Shown here: in pieces, positions 43,149 through 51,327 of the stretch | Numbering within the stretch: position 1 is the stretch's first letter | How the letters are laid out: each line of letters starts with the position of its first letter | From: a virus | Virus record (IMG/VR): IMGVR_UViG_3300029581_000016 | DNA length: 57,417 nt | Strand: one strand, 5' to 3' | Notes under the pieces: generated by a model | What the model saw: only the letters and a program-made list of their open reading frames with translations | The model's database searches: none | Told to the model about the DNA's origin: nothing | Program-made: the position numbers and the translations under genes

Positions 43149-43898
43149 ATGAACATTGGTAACAGAGTATTGGCAGTTCAGGGATATGCTGTGACACAGA
43201 ACTACGTACGGCACGTCGAAGCGGTCAAGAATGGCGGTTATGCACAGGGAATTGACCTTGTGCCGCAAAAGGATAACAGATACATTCAGAGCGATATTGT
43301 GGCTCATTCGGACGGTACAGTGCTTTATGCTGGCAACGGTGACGGCTATGGCAATGCCGTGTGGATTCTGCATAATGACAACTATGTGACTGGCTACGGA
43401 CACATGAGAGAGCTTAAGGTCAAGACAGGTGATGTTGTCAAGAAAGGTACACCAATAGGCGTTATCGGCAACACCGGTCATTCAACAGGCATACATCTTC
43501 ACTTTGAGGTTCGTAAGTACAAGAAACCTTATACTGTCAACGCTAGTGATTTCTGGGGAGCCAATTCCTTTATGAACACTTCCAAGTTTGACTGGGTAGA
43601 CCCGACACCGTACATCAACGCTGATTTGCCGGGGCAGACGGTACAGGCGACCACAGATAAGTACTATCGTGTACAGGTTGGAGCTTTTGAAAACAAGTCT
43701 TATGCAATAAACATGGCAAGAGACGTTAGGAGCAAGGGTTACAGTGCGATAATTAAGTACTATGAGGGCAACTACCATGTACAGGTCGGAGCATACAAGG
43801 CTTACTGGCGTGCTACAGCAACAAGGCTCAGGCTGTTAGCGTCCGGCTACAAGGGAGCGTTCATTACTAATAAGACAGGACAGGACATAACATTTTAG
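43149..43898 (+). CDS. peptidase M23 endolysin with a C-terminal SPOR domain
   Basis: GYGNAVWILH...GYGH...GNTGHSTGIHLHFEV is an M23 signature. YYRVQVGAFENKSYA...YHVQVGAY is SPOR-like. Confidence 0.8.
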   Translation: MNIGNRVLAVQGYAVTQNYVRHVEAVKNGGYAQGIDLVPQKDNRYIQSDIVAHSDGTVLYAGNGDGYGNAVWILHNDNYVTGYGHMRELKVKTGDVVKKGTPIGVIGNTGHSTGIHLHFEVRKYKKPYTVNASDFWGANSFMNTSKFDWVDPTPYINADLPGQTVQATTDKYYRVQVGAFENKSYAINMARDVRSKGYSAIIKYYEGNYHVQVGAYKAYWRATATRLRLLASGYKGAFITNKTGQDITF

Positions 43899-43947
43899 CA
43901 TCTATCATTGATAGGTGCTTTTATTATGCCCTAGAAAGGCGGTAAAG

Positions 43948-44364
43948 GTGGCATACGGCGGTTTCTTAATTAAGGTGGGAGAATATATCATCCCGCAAAA
44001 ATTTATCAAGGCTGACACATATAAGGCGTATGTGAACATGCAAGACATAGACGATTACCCGGATGCTAACGGCTATCTGCACCGTAACGCCGTGGAATTG
44101 AAAGCACTAAAGGTTGAGTTTGATGTGCGTGCCATGCTGACAGGCAGTGAATTAGAGGAACTTATGTCGAACATTCGCAACAGTTACACTAATTCAAGGG
44201 GTAGAGAGTGTATAATCACAGCTTTTATTCCTGAGTACAACGATTATGTAACGCAAAAAGGCTACCTTGCCGACTTTCAACCGCAGATATACGGCACATA
44301 CGGCGGAGAGATACATTACAGTTCATTCAGAATGGCATTTATTGGGGGTGTATACGATGGTTGA
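43948..44364 (+). CDS. putative distal tail protein (small)
   Basis: Lies immediately before the tail fibre/Tal gene. GTG start. Functional call from position only. Confidence 0.45.
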   Translation: MAYGGFLIKVGEYIIPQKFIKADTYKAYVNMQDIDDYPDANGYLHRNAVELKALKVEFDVRAMLTGSELEELMSNIRNSYTNSRGRECIITAFIPEYNDYVTQKGYLADFQPQIYGTYGGEIHYSSFRMAFIGGVYDG

Positions 44365-47300
44365 TTACACTTTGCAAGACTTGTTTTATCGTCAGAATGT
44401 GGATAAGCAGTTCATAATCACAACCGATGACGGCTCCGTGACAATCACCAACACAGAACTGCATCAAGAGAGCTTTGAGCTGACAGAGAGTTTGTGTTCC
44501 GAGAGTGAACTGACATTCGGAGCGTGTGAAGCGGCGACGGTTAAGTTCACAATTTCAAATATTTTCACTTCACTGAAAGACAAGTGGATAACTGTCAAGA
44601 TAATCCTTGACGGCAACAGCGATAATTCGTTCATTTTAGGGCGTTATAAGGTGGTGTCTGATAAACCTACGGCAGACCGAATTAAACGCGAGATTGAGGC
44701 TTACAATGCGTTGTACGATGTGATTAACGCCGATGTGGTTGATTGGTACAACAGTATCTTGCCGACAGCGGACACTTACATCACATTCAAGACTTTCAGA
44801 GACAGTTTTTTTGCTCATTTTGGCATCACGCAAAAAGAGATTACTCTTGTCAACGATACTATGACTGTAAGCAGAAGTGTTTACACTGACGAACTTAGCG
44901 GCGGTCAAGTCCTCAATGCTATCTGCGAGATTAACGGTTGCTTGGGGCATATCGGCAGAAGTGGGCAATTCGAGTTTGTATACCTTAGCAACACGGCACC
45001 TATAATAATCAACAAGAGCTACTACACAAGTGCTGATTATCAAGACTACATTGTGTCACAGATTGACAAGTTGCAAATTAGACAGGACGAGAACGATATA
45101 GGAGCTATTGTCGGCACAGGCAGTAACACTTACGTTATTGAGAATAACTTTCTTGTGTACGGCAAGGATGCGGCGACACTAAAGGCTATTGCAACTAATA
45201 TATTCGACAAGATTAAAGGCATAACGTACCGTCCGGCAGAAATAACAAGCCTCGGCAATCCATGTATCGAAGTTGGCGATGCAGTCAACTTATCAAGCAA
45301 GTATGCAGAGATAAACACTTACGTCTTAGAACGCACCTTAAAGGGCATACAAGCCCTTACAGACAGTTATACGGCACAAGGCGAACAATTACGCACCACA
45401 CAGATAAACAGCTCTAATAAGTCAATTACACAACTTAAAGGTAGAGTGAACCGACTAATCCGTGATGTAGACCAGAACAAAGCGGAAATATCGAATGTTG
45501 AAGCCGGATTAAAGAATGAGATAACACAGACCGCATCGGAACTGGATGTAAAGATACAGAGTTTGCAATCGCAGATAGATGGCGAGATAACCGTCATCAA
45601 CGGTCACGGAGTACCAACACTCTATAATTACCCGGCATACAACTGGGTAGCCGGTCCCAAGGTTGGCGATATACTTGTTGAGGGCACAAAGTTCACTTAT
45701 TCGGATGAGGTGTATCGTAAACACCAGAGGACATTGTTTTTCGATGAGGATACGGCGACTACATACCGTTTTATAAAAAAAGATGATATGTGGATATGGG
45801 AGCCGATAGCCGACACTGAATATTCGGTGATTCAGAAGCAGATAGCAGACCTTAATGTAACTGCACAAGGAATTACTCAGAGCGTTGAGCAGCTGTCAAC
45901 CAAGGTGACGAATGAGTATATCACACAGATTGATGCCAAGACACTTGTAGCGACCACAGCAGACGGAATCAAGGAAGATATATCCAAGACGTATACTACT
46001 AGGGATTATGTCAACACACTGAGTGCAGAGTTCAACAGGACAGCAGAGGGACTTACCGCACAGATAAGTGAGGTTAATGAAGCTCTTGATGGTGCCAATG
46101 AGGTCTACACCATACAAGGAACCCCAACCTTACAAAATTATCCGGCGTACAACTGGACATCGGGACCAGTGGTGGGTGATAAGCTTACGCAGGGATTGAG
46201 GTTTACTTATTCAGACGCAAGCTATAAGAAACACAACAGAGCACTTGTCTATGATGAGGTTGCCAGCAAGACGTACAGGTTCATCAAGAACGGTGACACA
46301 TGGGGATTTTCCGATGTTGGCGATACCGAATTTTCGTGGGTCAATAAGAAGTTAGCTGAGTATAAAGCTACGGCAGACGGACTATCTGCTGATTTATCGA
46401 AGTTCGAGACTAAGGTTGACTCGGATTACATAACCAAGATTGATGCTCAGGCGAGCATTAAACTCTCAGCGGATGAACTGAAAAAGGACTTTAGCAAGAC
46501 GATAAGCAATTACTCAACCACTACACAGATGAACTTAGCGATAAGCGAAAGCGCAGAGGGCATTATGACGAATGTAAGCAAGACTTACGCAACAAAGGGG
46601 GTTGTCAGCAGACTGGAAACGTCTATCAAAGCTACGGCAGAAGGGCTAGAAACCAAAGTGTCGAAAGACAAGCTTGTAACCGAAATCAATGCCAGTGCCG
46701 AAGAAGTATTGATTTCATCGAGCAAGCTTGATTTAAAAGGGCTTGTCACAATATCGGCATTACAAGAAAGCGGACAGACTGTAATCAATGCTGATAATAT
46801 AACAACCGGAACAATTAAAGGGCGGCGACTTGAAGCGTGTGCAATGGACGGCGGAGCCATTGCAATAGGGGCAAACAACATTGTAATGAATGAAGCGGGA
46901 CTGTGGGTAATAGGTGAATGTTCAGCAGACAAGCCGGCTTACCAAGTTAATAACAGAGGTGAGATAATGCAATACTGGACAGATGGTATACGCCGATTCT
47001 ACTCTAACGGTTTAGGCGTGAGTGGAACATGGGTAACACATTTTGATGAATACACTGCATCATCGGATTGGTACAAGATATGCATTGCCGCTAATAATAC
47101 ATCAGATGCACGATACAAGAACACAATCAAAAGTCTGGACGATGAAGAACACATGGAAGAACTTTTTAATAGTCTAAAGCCATCAGCATTTTATTATAAC
47201 AAAGGCACAGAATACGTGGAAACCCAAAGACACCTGGGCTTCATCGCACAAGACATTGAGAAAGCGATTACAGAAGCAGGAATCGAGGCAGACATGGCAT

Positions 47301-47428
47301 TATTTGACCATATCAACGAGGATAAACTTGGAGTTAATAAGCAAGAGTTAATAGCCCTGTGTGTATGGCAAATACAAAAACTTAAAGCCCGCGTAACCGA
47401 GCTTGAAAAGAAAGGAGAGGTAGCATGA
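44357..47428 (+). CDS. tail-associated fibre protein with an internal duplication and a C-terminal S74 intramolecular chaperone domain
   Basis: The ATG at 44357 overlaps the upstream stop. Two ~170-aa repeats (PTL.NYPAYNW...). C-terminus ..DARYKNTIKSL...HLGFIAQDIEKA...LKARVTELEKK. Confidence 0.8.
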   Translation: MVDYTLQDLFYRQNVDKQFIITTDDGSVTITNTELHQESFELTESLCSESELTFGACEAATVKFTISNIFTSLKDKWITVKIILDGNSDNSFILGRYKVVSDKPTADRIKREIEAYNALYDVINADVVDWYNSILPTADTYITFKTFRDSFFAHFGITQKEITLVNDTMTVSRSVYTDELSGGQVLNAICEINGCLGHIGRSGQFEFVYLSNTAPIIINKSYYTSADYQDYIVSQIDKLQIRQDENDIGAIVGTGSNTYVIENNFLVYGKDAATLKAIATNIFDKIKGITYRPAEITSLGNPCIEVGDAVNLSSKYAEINTYVLERTLKGIQALTDSYTAQGEQLRTTQINSSNKSITQLKGRVNRLIRDVDQNKAEISNVEAGLKNEITQTASELDVKIQSLQSQIDGEITVINGHGVPTLYNYPAYNWVAGPKVGDILVEGTKFTYSDEVYRKHQRTLFFDEDTATTYRFIKKDDMWIWEPIADTEYSVIQKQIADLNVTAQGITQSVEQLSTKVTNEYITQIDAKTLVATTADGIKEDISKTYTTRDYVNTLSAEFNRTAEGLTAQISEVNEALDGANEVYTIQGTPTLQNYPAYNWTSGPVVGDKLTQGLRFTYSDASYKKHNRALVYDEVASKTYRFIKNGDTWGFSDVGDTEFSWVNKKLAEYKATADGLSADLSKFETKVDSDYITKIDAQASIKLSADELKKDFSKTISNYSTTTQMNLAISESAEGIMTNVSKTYATKGVVSRLETSIKATAEGLETKVSKDKLVTEINASAEEVLISSSKLDLKGLVTISALQESGQTVINADNITTGTIKGRRLEACAMDGGAIAIGANNIVMNEAGLWVIGECSADKPAYQVNNRGEIMQYWTDGIRRFYSNGLGVSGTWVTHFDEYTASSDWYKICIAANNTSDARYKNTIKSLDDEEHMEELFNSLKPSAFYYNKGTEYVETQRHLGFIAQDIEKAITEAGIEADMALFDHINEDKLGVNKQELIALCVWQIQKLKARVTELEKKGEVA

Positions 47429-47661
47429 GTAATTATGACATAAGGGCATTCAGAAGTTCACTTGCACAGTACATCAATCAGTCGCCGATTGAAACTGAGG
47501 TAAAGCTACTTGCACTTAAGGATTTGACTACACAGTTAGAGAAAGAAGCAGATGCCGCAGTTGCCAGAGAAGCGGCAGAATTGGAAAAAGCGGCACAGTT
47601 AAGAGCTGCTAAGGAAAAAGCAACCCAAAAAGAAAGCGAGGTAGAAGATAATGGCGATTGA
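47425..47661 (+). CDS. hypothetical tail-module protein (78 aa)
   Basis: ATGA overlap. Coiled-coil, alanine/glutamate-rich. Confidence 0.5.
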   Translation: MSNYDIRAFRSSLAQYINQSPIETEVKLLALKDLTTQLEKEADAAVAREAAELEKAAQLRAAKEKATQKESEVEDNGD

Positions 47662-48010
47662 CTATAACAAGCATAACTGGGCTTACGGCGAGGAAATTAC
47701 ACCTGATAAGCTCAATAACGTGGAGAATGGCGTCAAAACAAATGCAGACGCGATAAATGAGGTAAATAATAATTTAACCTCAAAGTTGGATTTCTTTAAT
47801 CTGTCTAATTATGATAACTCGGGTATATTAAATTTAAGCAAAAAACAACCGTTCATGGGTTACATCGAATGGAATAGTAATAATACTCCATCTCAAGGCA
47901 ATAGCTGCATGGTCTTTGGGTATAATCTTGTGGTGATAGCGATATCGAAGCCGGGCGGCATCTATTCCATTAGTACAACCGAACCTTACGAGTGGGTTAA
48001 AAGAAATTGA
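47651..48010 (+). CDS. putative tail fibre/receptor-binding accessory protein
   Basis: The N-terminus HNWAYGEEITPDKLNNVENGVKTN resembles conserved fibre N-termini. Confidence 0.5.
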   Translation: MAIDYNKHNWAYGEEITPDKLNNVENGVKTNADAINEVNNNLTSKLDFFNLSNYDNSGILNLSKKQPFMGYIEWNSNNTPSQGNSCMVFGYNLVVIAISKPGGIYSISTTEPYEWVKRN

Positions 48011-48012
48011 TA

Positions 48013-48171
48013 TTATGTCAGCCCATAAACAGCAAAAATAGCTCTATCATCTTTATACTGGTTATTATCAGAGACATAATCAATTATTGATTGTACATAA
48101 AGGTGGTCACCATACACATCACAAACAGTCATTTTCCCTACAATATTGTTTGTAATAATAGTTTTGTCCAT
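48013..48171 (-). CDS. hypothetical small protein (52 aa)
   Basis: ORF 48013-48216. The ATG at 48171 follows ggaggt. Confidence 0.5.
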   Translation of the reverse strand: MDKTIITNNIVGKMTVCDVYGDHLYVQSIIDYVSDNNQYKDDRAIFAVYGLT

Positions 48172-48328
48172 GATAATACCTCCGTATTCTGCGTATTTTG
48201 TCGATTTTTTTGGCACGATTGAGAGTGAGTTACCGTTGATTCTGTGTTATGCTCAACATGTTCCTAACTGGAACAACATCAAGCTTCGGCGAGGAGCGGT
48301 GTGATTGGCGTTGCACCGTTCCTTGTGC

Positions 48329-48357
48329 TTGACAATATCGAACTTATGTTCTATAAT
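48329..48357 (+). promoter_or_regulatory. consensus promoter
   Basis: TTGACA 48329-48334, 17-nt spacer, TATAAT 48352-48357. Confidence 0.65.
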
Positions 48358-48400
48358 AGGTACATCGCTACTGGGAAACGTGTGGATTTTGGGAGGGGTA

Positions 48401-48559
48401 ATGTTGGGTAAGGTGAAGTTAAAAGAACGAGCCGAATTAACCAAAGAAGCTATTGACAACAAAGAACAAATCATTAAAATGATAACTAAAATAGAAGATG
48501 CAGGCACCCTAGAGTACCTGCATACATTCATCAAACTTTTTTTAGAGAAGTGGGGTTAA
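48401..48559 (+). CDS. tiny protein (52 aa), paralogue of 41480-41593
   Basis: RBS gggagggg. C-terminus TLEYLHTFIKLFLEKWG. Confidence 0.5.
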   Translation: MLGKVKLKERAELTKEAIDNKEQIIKMITKIEDAGTLEYLHTFIKLFLEKWG

Positions 48560-48933
48560 TCCTCACTTTTCTTTTTTCGAGATAACATAACATCAATCAT
48601 GCCTAAAATGGTATCTTTATCTCTTTGGTCTAACAAAGAAAATTTCCACATTAAATCAATATCCTTATCGGCTTTGACCGACTTGTCTTTGCGTTCTGGC
48701 GAAACATCAAAACCCATAAGCCATGCTTCTGAAACATCCAAAGCCATTCCTAGAATAACTAGCTTTTCTTGGCTTGGTTCGACTTTGCCTGACACATACT
48801 GGCTAATATCAGATTTATTCATCTTGATATTGTATTCCTTACAGTATGGTGCAGAAAGAGTAAGAATATCGACTTGCTTCAATCTTCTTTCGCTCATTAG
48901 TTTTTTGAGCCTATCTGCGGTTGTCTCTTTCAC
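48556..48933 (-). CDS. CI-like XRE-family repressor (no S24 domain)
   Basis: The GTG at 48933 follows aaaggagga. LKKLMSERRLKQVDIL...SDISQYVSGKVEPSQEKLVILGMALDVSEAWLMG is a classic HTH_3. Divergent from the cro-like gene. Confidence 0.75.
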   Translation of the reverse strand: MKETTADRLKKLMSERRLKQVDILTLSAPYCKEYNIKMNKSDISQYVSGKVEPSQEKLVILGMALDVSEAWLMGFDVSPERKDKSVKADKDIDLMWKFSLLDQRDKDTILGMIDVMLSRKKKSED

Positions 48934-48971
48934 TTTGGTTTTCCTCCTTTCGTATAACAATATAACACTAT

Positions 48972-49078
48972 TTGAACGAAAGTTCAATACATAAAACTTA
49001 AAAAGTAAAAAATGTTGAACTTTCTGTTGACATGTGTGTAAAGTGGTGGTATTATACAATCAGTTCAAAACATTGAAC
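48972..49078. promoter_or_regulatory. CI/Cro switch region: operators and rightward promoter
   Basis: TTGAAC-gaaa-GTTCAA (48972-48987) and GTTCAA-aaca-TTGAAC (49063-49078). A TTGAAC half-site at 49015 lies next to TTGACA (49027-49032), 17-nt spacer, TATTAT (49050-49055). Confidence 0.65.
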
Positions 49079-49107
49079 TTAAAAACGAGAAAGGAGAGGC
49101 AAAGAGA

Positions 49108-49332
49108 ATGGCTTTTAATTACAGCAAGCTAAGAGGACGCATTGTGGAAAAATATGGTAGCCAGTCTGATTTCGCTAAGGCTTTGGGCTGTTCGGAGAGA
49201 ACATTGTCTTTTAAGATGACAGGCAAAAGACCTTGGAAACAGACAGAAATACTGTCTGCAATAAAGCTGTTAGGGTTAGCAGAAGAAGACATACAGGATT
49301 ATTTTTTTACACTTGAAGTTCAAAAGGTTTAA
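49108..49332 (+). CDS. Cro-like XRE-family HTH protein
   Basis: SQSDFAKALGCSERTLSFKMTGKRPW. It is divergent from the repressor. Confidence 0.7.
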   Translation: MAFNYSKLRGRIVEKYGSQSDFAKALGCSERTLSFKMTGKRPWKQTEILSAIKLLGLAEEDIQDYFFTLEVQKV

Positions 49333-49354
49333 CTTTTTGTAGAAAGGAGTAAGA

Positions 49355-49630
49355 ATGGATAAGCAGAGATACAGTATTGTAGACAGTACTGGAAAAGCTG
49401 TGATAGTCAAGAAAGATGATGACCGATACATCGGGATTGACGAACTTGCACAGCACATAGCAATGGATGTCATTGACGATTATCAGGACATTATAAATGG
49501 CGGTAAGAAGATTGAAGAAACTAACATTGAGCTGTCTGTCAAAGTTCTCACCGCCATTACGCCAGTGATTGAAGTTTTTAGAAGCAAGCTACCTACGGAA
49601 AGGGGTGATTGCCGCTTCAATTTTTGCTGA
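49355..49630 (+). CDS. hypothetical protein (91 aa)
   Basis: RBS gaaaggag. Confidence 0.5.
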   Translation: MDKQRYSIVDSTGKAVIVKKDDDRYIGIDELAQHIAMDVIDDYQDIINGGKKIEETNIELSVKVLTAITPVIEVFRSKLPTERGDCRFNFC

Positions 49631-49768
49631 TTGCGGTTTTTCAGCCGGCAGGGAGTTTATGATTTCCGAATAGTATTGGACGTACAGTTTCTTGAAATCA
49701 TCTAAAGAGCCGTTATAACCGCAAATCTTAGCGGTAGCATAAGCAGACACAATTTGTTCAACTGGCAA
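49589..49768 (-). CDS. possible small protein (59 aa), convergent and overlapping
   Basis: A TTG start lies 9 nt after aaggaggtga on the minus strand. It overlaps the 3' end of 49355-49630 by 42 nt. Confidence 0.3.
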   Translation of the reverse strand: MPVEQIVSAYATAKICGYNGSLDDFKKLYVQYYSEIINSLPAEKPQSAKIEAAITPFRR

Positions 49769-49830
49769 AGCAAGTCACCTCCTTATTGAATGATAAGGAG
49801 ATTATAACACAAGAAAGGAGAAAAGAGAAC

Positions 49831-50622
49831 TTGAACGAAGTCGAGAAAGCAGAGACAAGAACACCGATTGAGATAGCCCTTGACATTGACAGCGAGGGTA
49901 TGACAACAGCAAGAAAGCTGTATGAGTTTTTAGGACTTAACCCTAGCAACTATTCCAAATGGTGCAAGGCAAACATTATTGACAACGAGTTTGCCACAGA
50001 AAACGAGGATTATTGGGTTTTCGTACCGCAGGAAGAAAACCCATTGGGTGGCAGACCGACAACAGATTACAGGCTCACAGCTCACTTTGCAAAGAAGTTA
50101 TCCGTTAAGGGCAACGGAGAAAAGGCGGAACAGGCAAGGGAGTACTTCACGGCGGTTGAGGAACGTGTCAAGCAGACAGCTATTGACCGAACCCAGTTAT
50201 CACCACAGTTACAGCTTATGAATATGCTTGTTGAGAGCATGAGCAGGCAGGAGCTTGAAAGCAAGCGACAGGCAGAGCAGATAACTAAGGTTGAAAGCAC
50301 TGTCAATAACATTAAGGAGATTTTCACACAGCCGATTGGTGACTGGAAAGCGGAGATAAACGCAAGAATCCGTGAAATCTCAATTAAGAGCGGCATTGAC
50401 TATCAGACGCTTTACAACGAGATGTACGGACGGCTTGAAACCATAGCTCATTGTAGCCTAAAGAGATTACAGGACAACAAGACAGCGAGAATGGAAAAAG
50501 CCGGAAACACCAAAACAGCAATCAGAGAGGGTACTACCAAGATTGCAATTATATACGAAAAGCCACAGCTTAAGGCGATATTTGAGGATATTGTTAAGCG
50601 GTATGCAATGGCTTATGCGTAG
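49831..50622 (+). CDS. AntA/AntB-type antirepressor
   Basis: TTARKLYEFLGLNPSNYSKWCKANI..NEFATENEDY...GGRPTTDYRLTAHFAKKLSV...AREYF. The start is uncertain (TTG 49786 or 49831). Confidence 0.65.
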   Translation: MNEVEKAETRTPIEIALDIDSEGMTTARKLYEFLGLNPSNYSKWCKANIIDNEFATENEDYWVFVPQEENPLGGRPTTDYRLTAHFAKKLSVKGNGEKAEQAREYFTAVEERVKQTAIDRTQLSPQLQLMNMLVESMSRQELESKRQAEQITKVESTVNNIKEIFTQPIGDWKAEINARIREISIKSGIDYQTLYNEMYGRLETIAHCSLKRLQDNKTARMEKAGNTKTAIREGTTKIAIIYEKPQLKAIFEDIVKRYAMAYA

Positions 50623-50634
50623 TTAGGAGGAACG

Positions 50635-51030
50635 ATGTCAATTCTAAGCATTTTGTGTGCCGTATGTATATGCGTTACACTGACAGCACCCAACTACATA
50701 GAGAAGCCGATATATGGTCCTATTCAGGAAACATCGGACGAATGGCAGACATTCACGCTTACAGCATATTGCGGTTGTGAGAAGTGTTGTGGAAAGAATG
50801 ACCGAATAACCGCAACAGGAACTTATGCCGTTGAGGGTGTTACCATAGCGGTAGACCCTACGGTCATTCCTTATGGTTCTATGGTAGATATTGAGGGAAT
50901 CGGAACATTTATAGCCGAGGACTGCGGCGGTGCAATCAAGGGCAACAAAATTGACATATATTTTGAGAATCACGCTGATGCATTGACGTTCGGTGTGTGG
51001 GAAGAATGGAGAGTGAGAGTAAGGGAATGA
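50635..51030 (+). CDS. 3D-domain (MltA/RlpA-like) cell-wall protein with an N-terminal signal/anchor
   Basis: FTLTAYCGCEKCCGK....TATG......IAVDPTVIPYGS.V.IEG.G.F.AEDCGGAIKGNKIDIYF. Confidence 0.7.
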   Translation: MSILSILCAVCICVTLTAPNYIEKPIYGPIQETSDEWQTFTLTAYCGCEKCCGKNDRITATGTYAVEGVTIAVDPTVIPYGSMVDIEGIGTFIAEDCGGAIKGNKIDIYFENHADALTFGVWEEWRVRVRE

Positions 51031-51203
51031 AGCAGCCTAAGCGACTGACAAGAGAACAGAAAATCATAGTATCTTCACATGGGCTTAATGCTAATGACTG
51101 GATGCTTGATAAGGAGACAGATTTTTATTTTTATCTTGTCGGCAAAGACGGAGACAAAAAGAAAATCATAGACAAATTTGCAAGAGGAGGAAAGCGAAAA
51201 TGA
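51027..51203 (+). CDS. hypothetical small protein (58 aa)
   Basis: ATGA overlap. First ATG of ORF 50997-51203. Confidence 0.45.
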   Translation: MKQPKRLTREQKIIVSSHGLNANDWMLDKETDFYFYLVGKDGDKKKIIDKFARGGKRK

Positions 51204-51322
51204 TTATCACAGACTTGAACGCAATGTATGTTGATGAATTGCAGATATTATGTGCAGCCGGAAACATGGAGGTTGTGATTGAGGACGGCAAGATTACAGG
51301 AGCCGTTCAGAAGGAGGACTAA
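51200..51322 (+). CDS. tiny ORF (40 aa)
   Basis: ATGA overlap. Frame checked by hand. Confidence 0.35.
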   Translation: MIITDLNAMYVDELQILCAAGNMEVVIEDGKITGAVQKED

Positions 51323-51327
51323 GAGGA

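Noticed and set aside
45601-46630. Tail-fibre internal repeat as a diversity-generating retroelement (TR/VR pair).
   Set aside because: The copies are diverged throughout rather than only at adenines. There is no reverse transcriptase anywhere in the genome and no non-coding template repeat.
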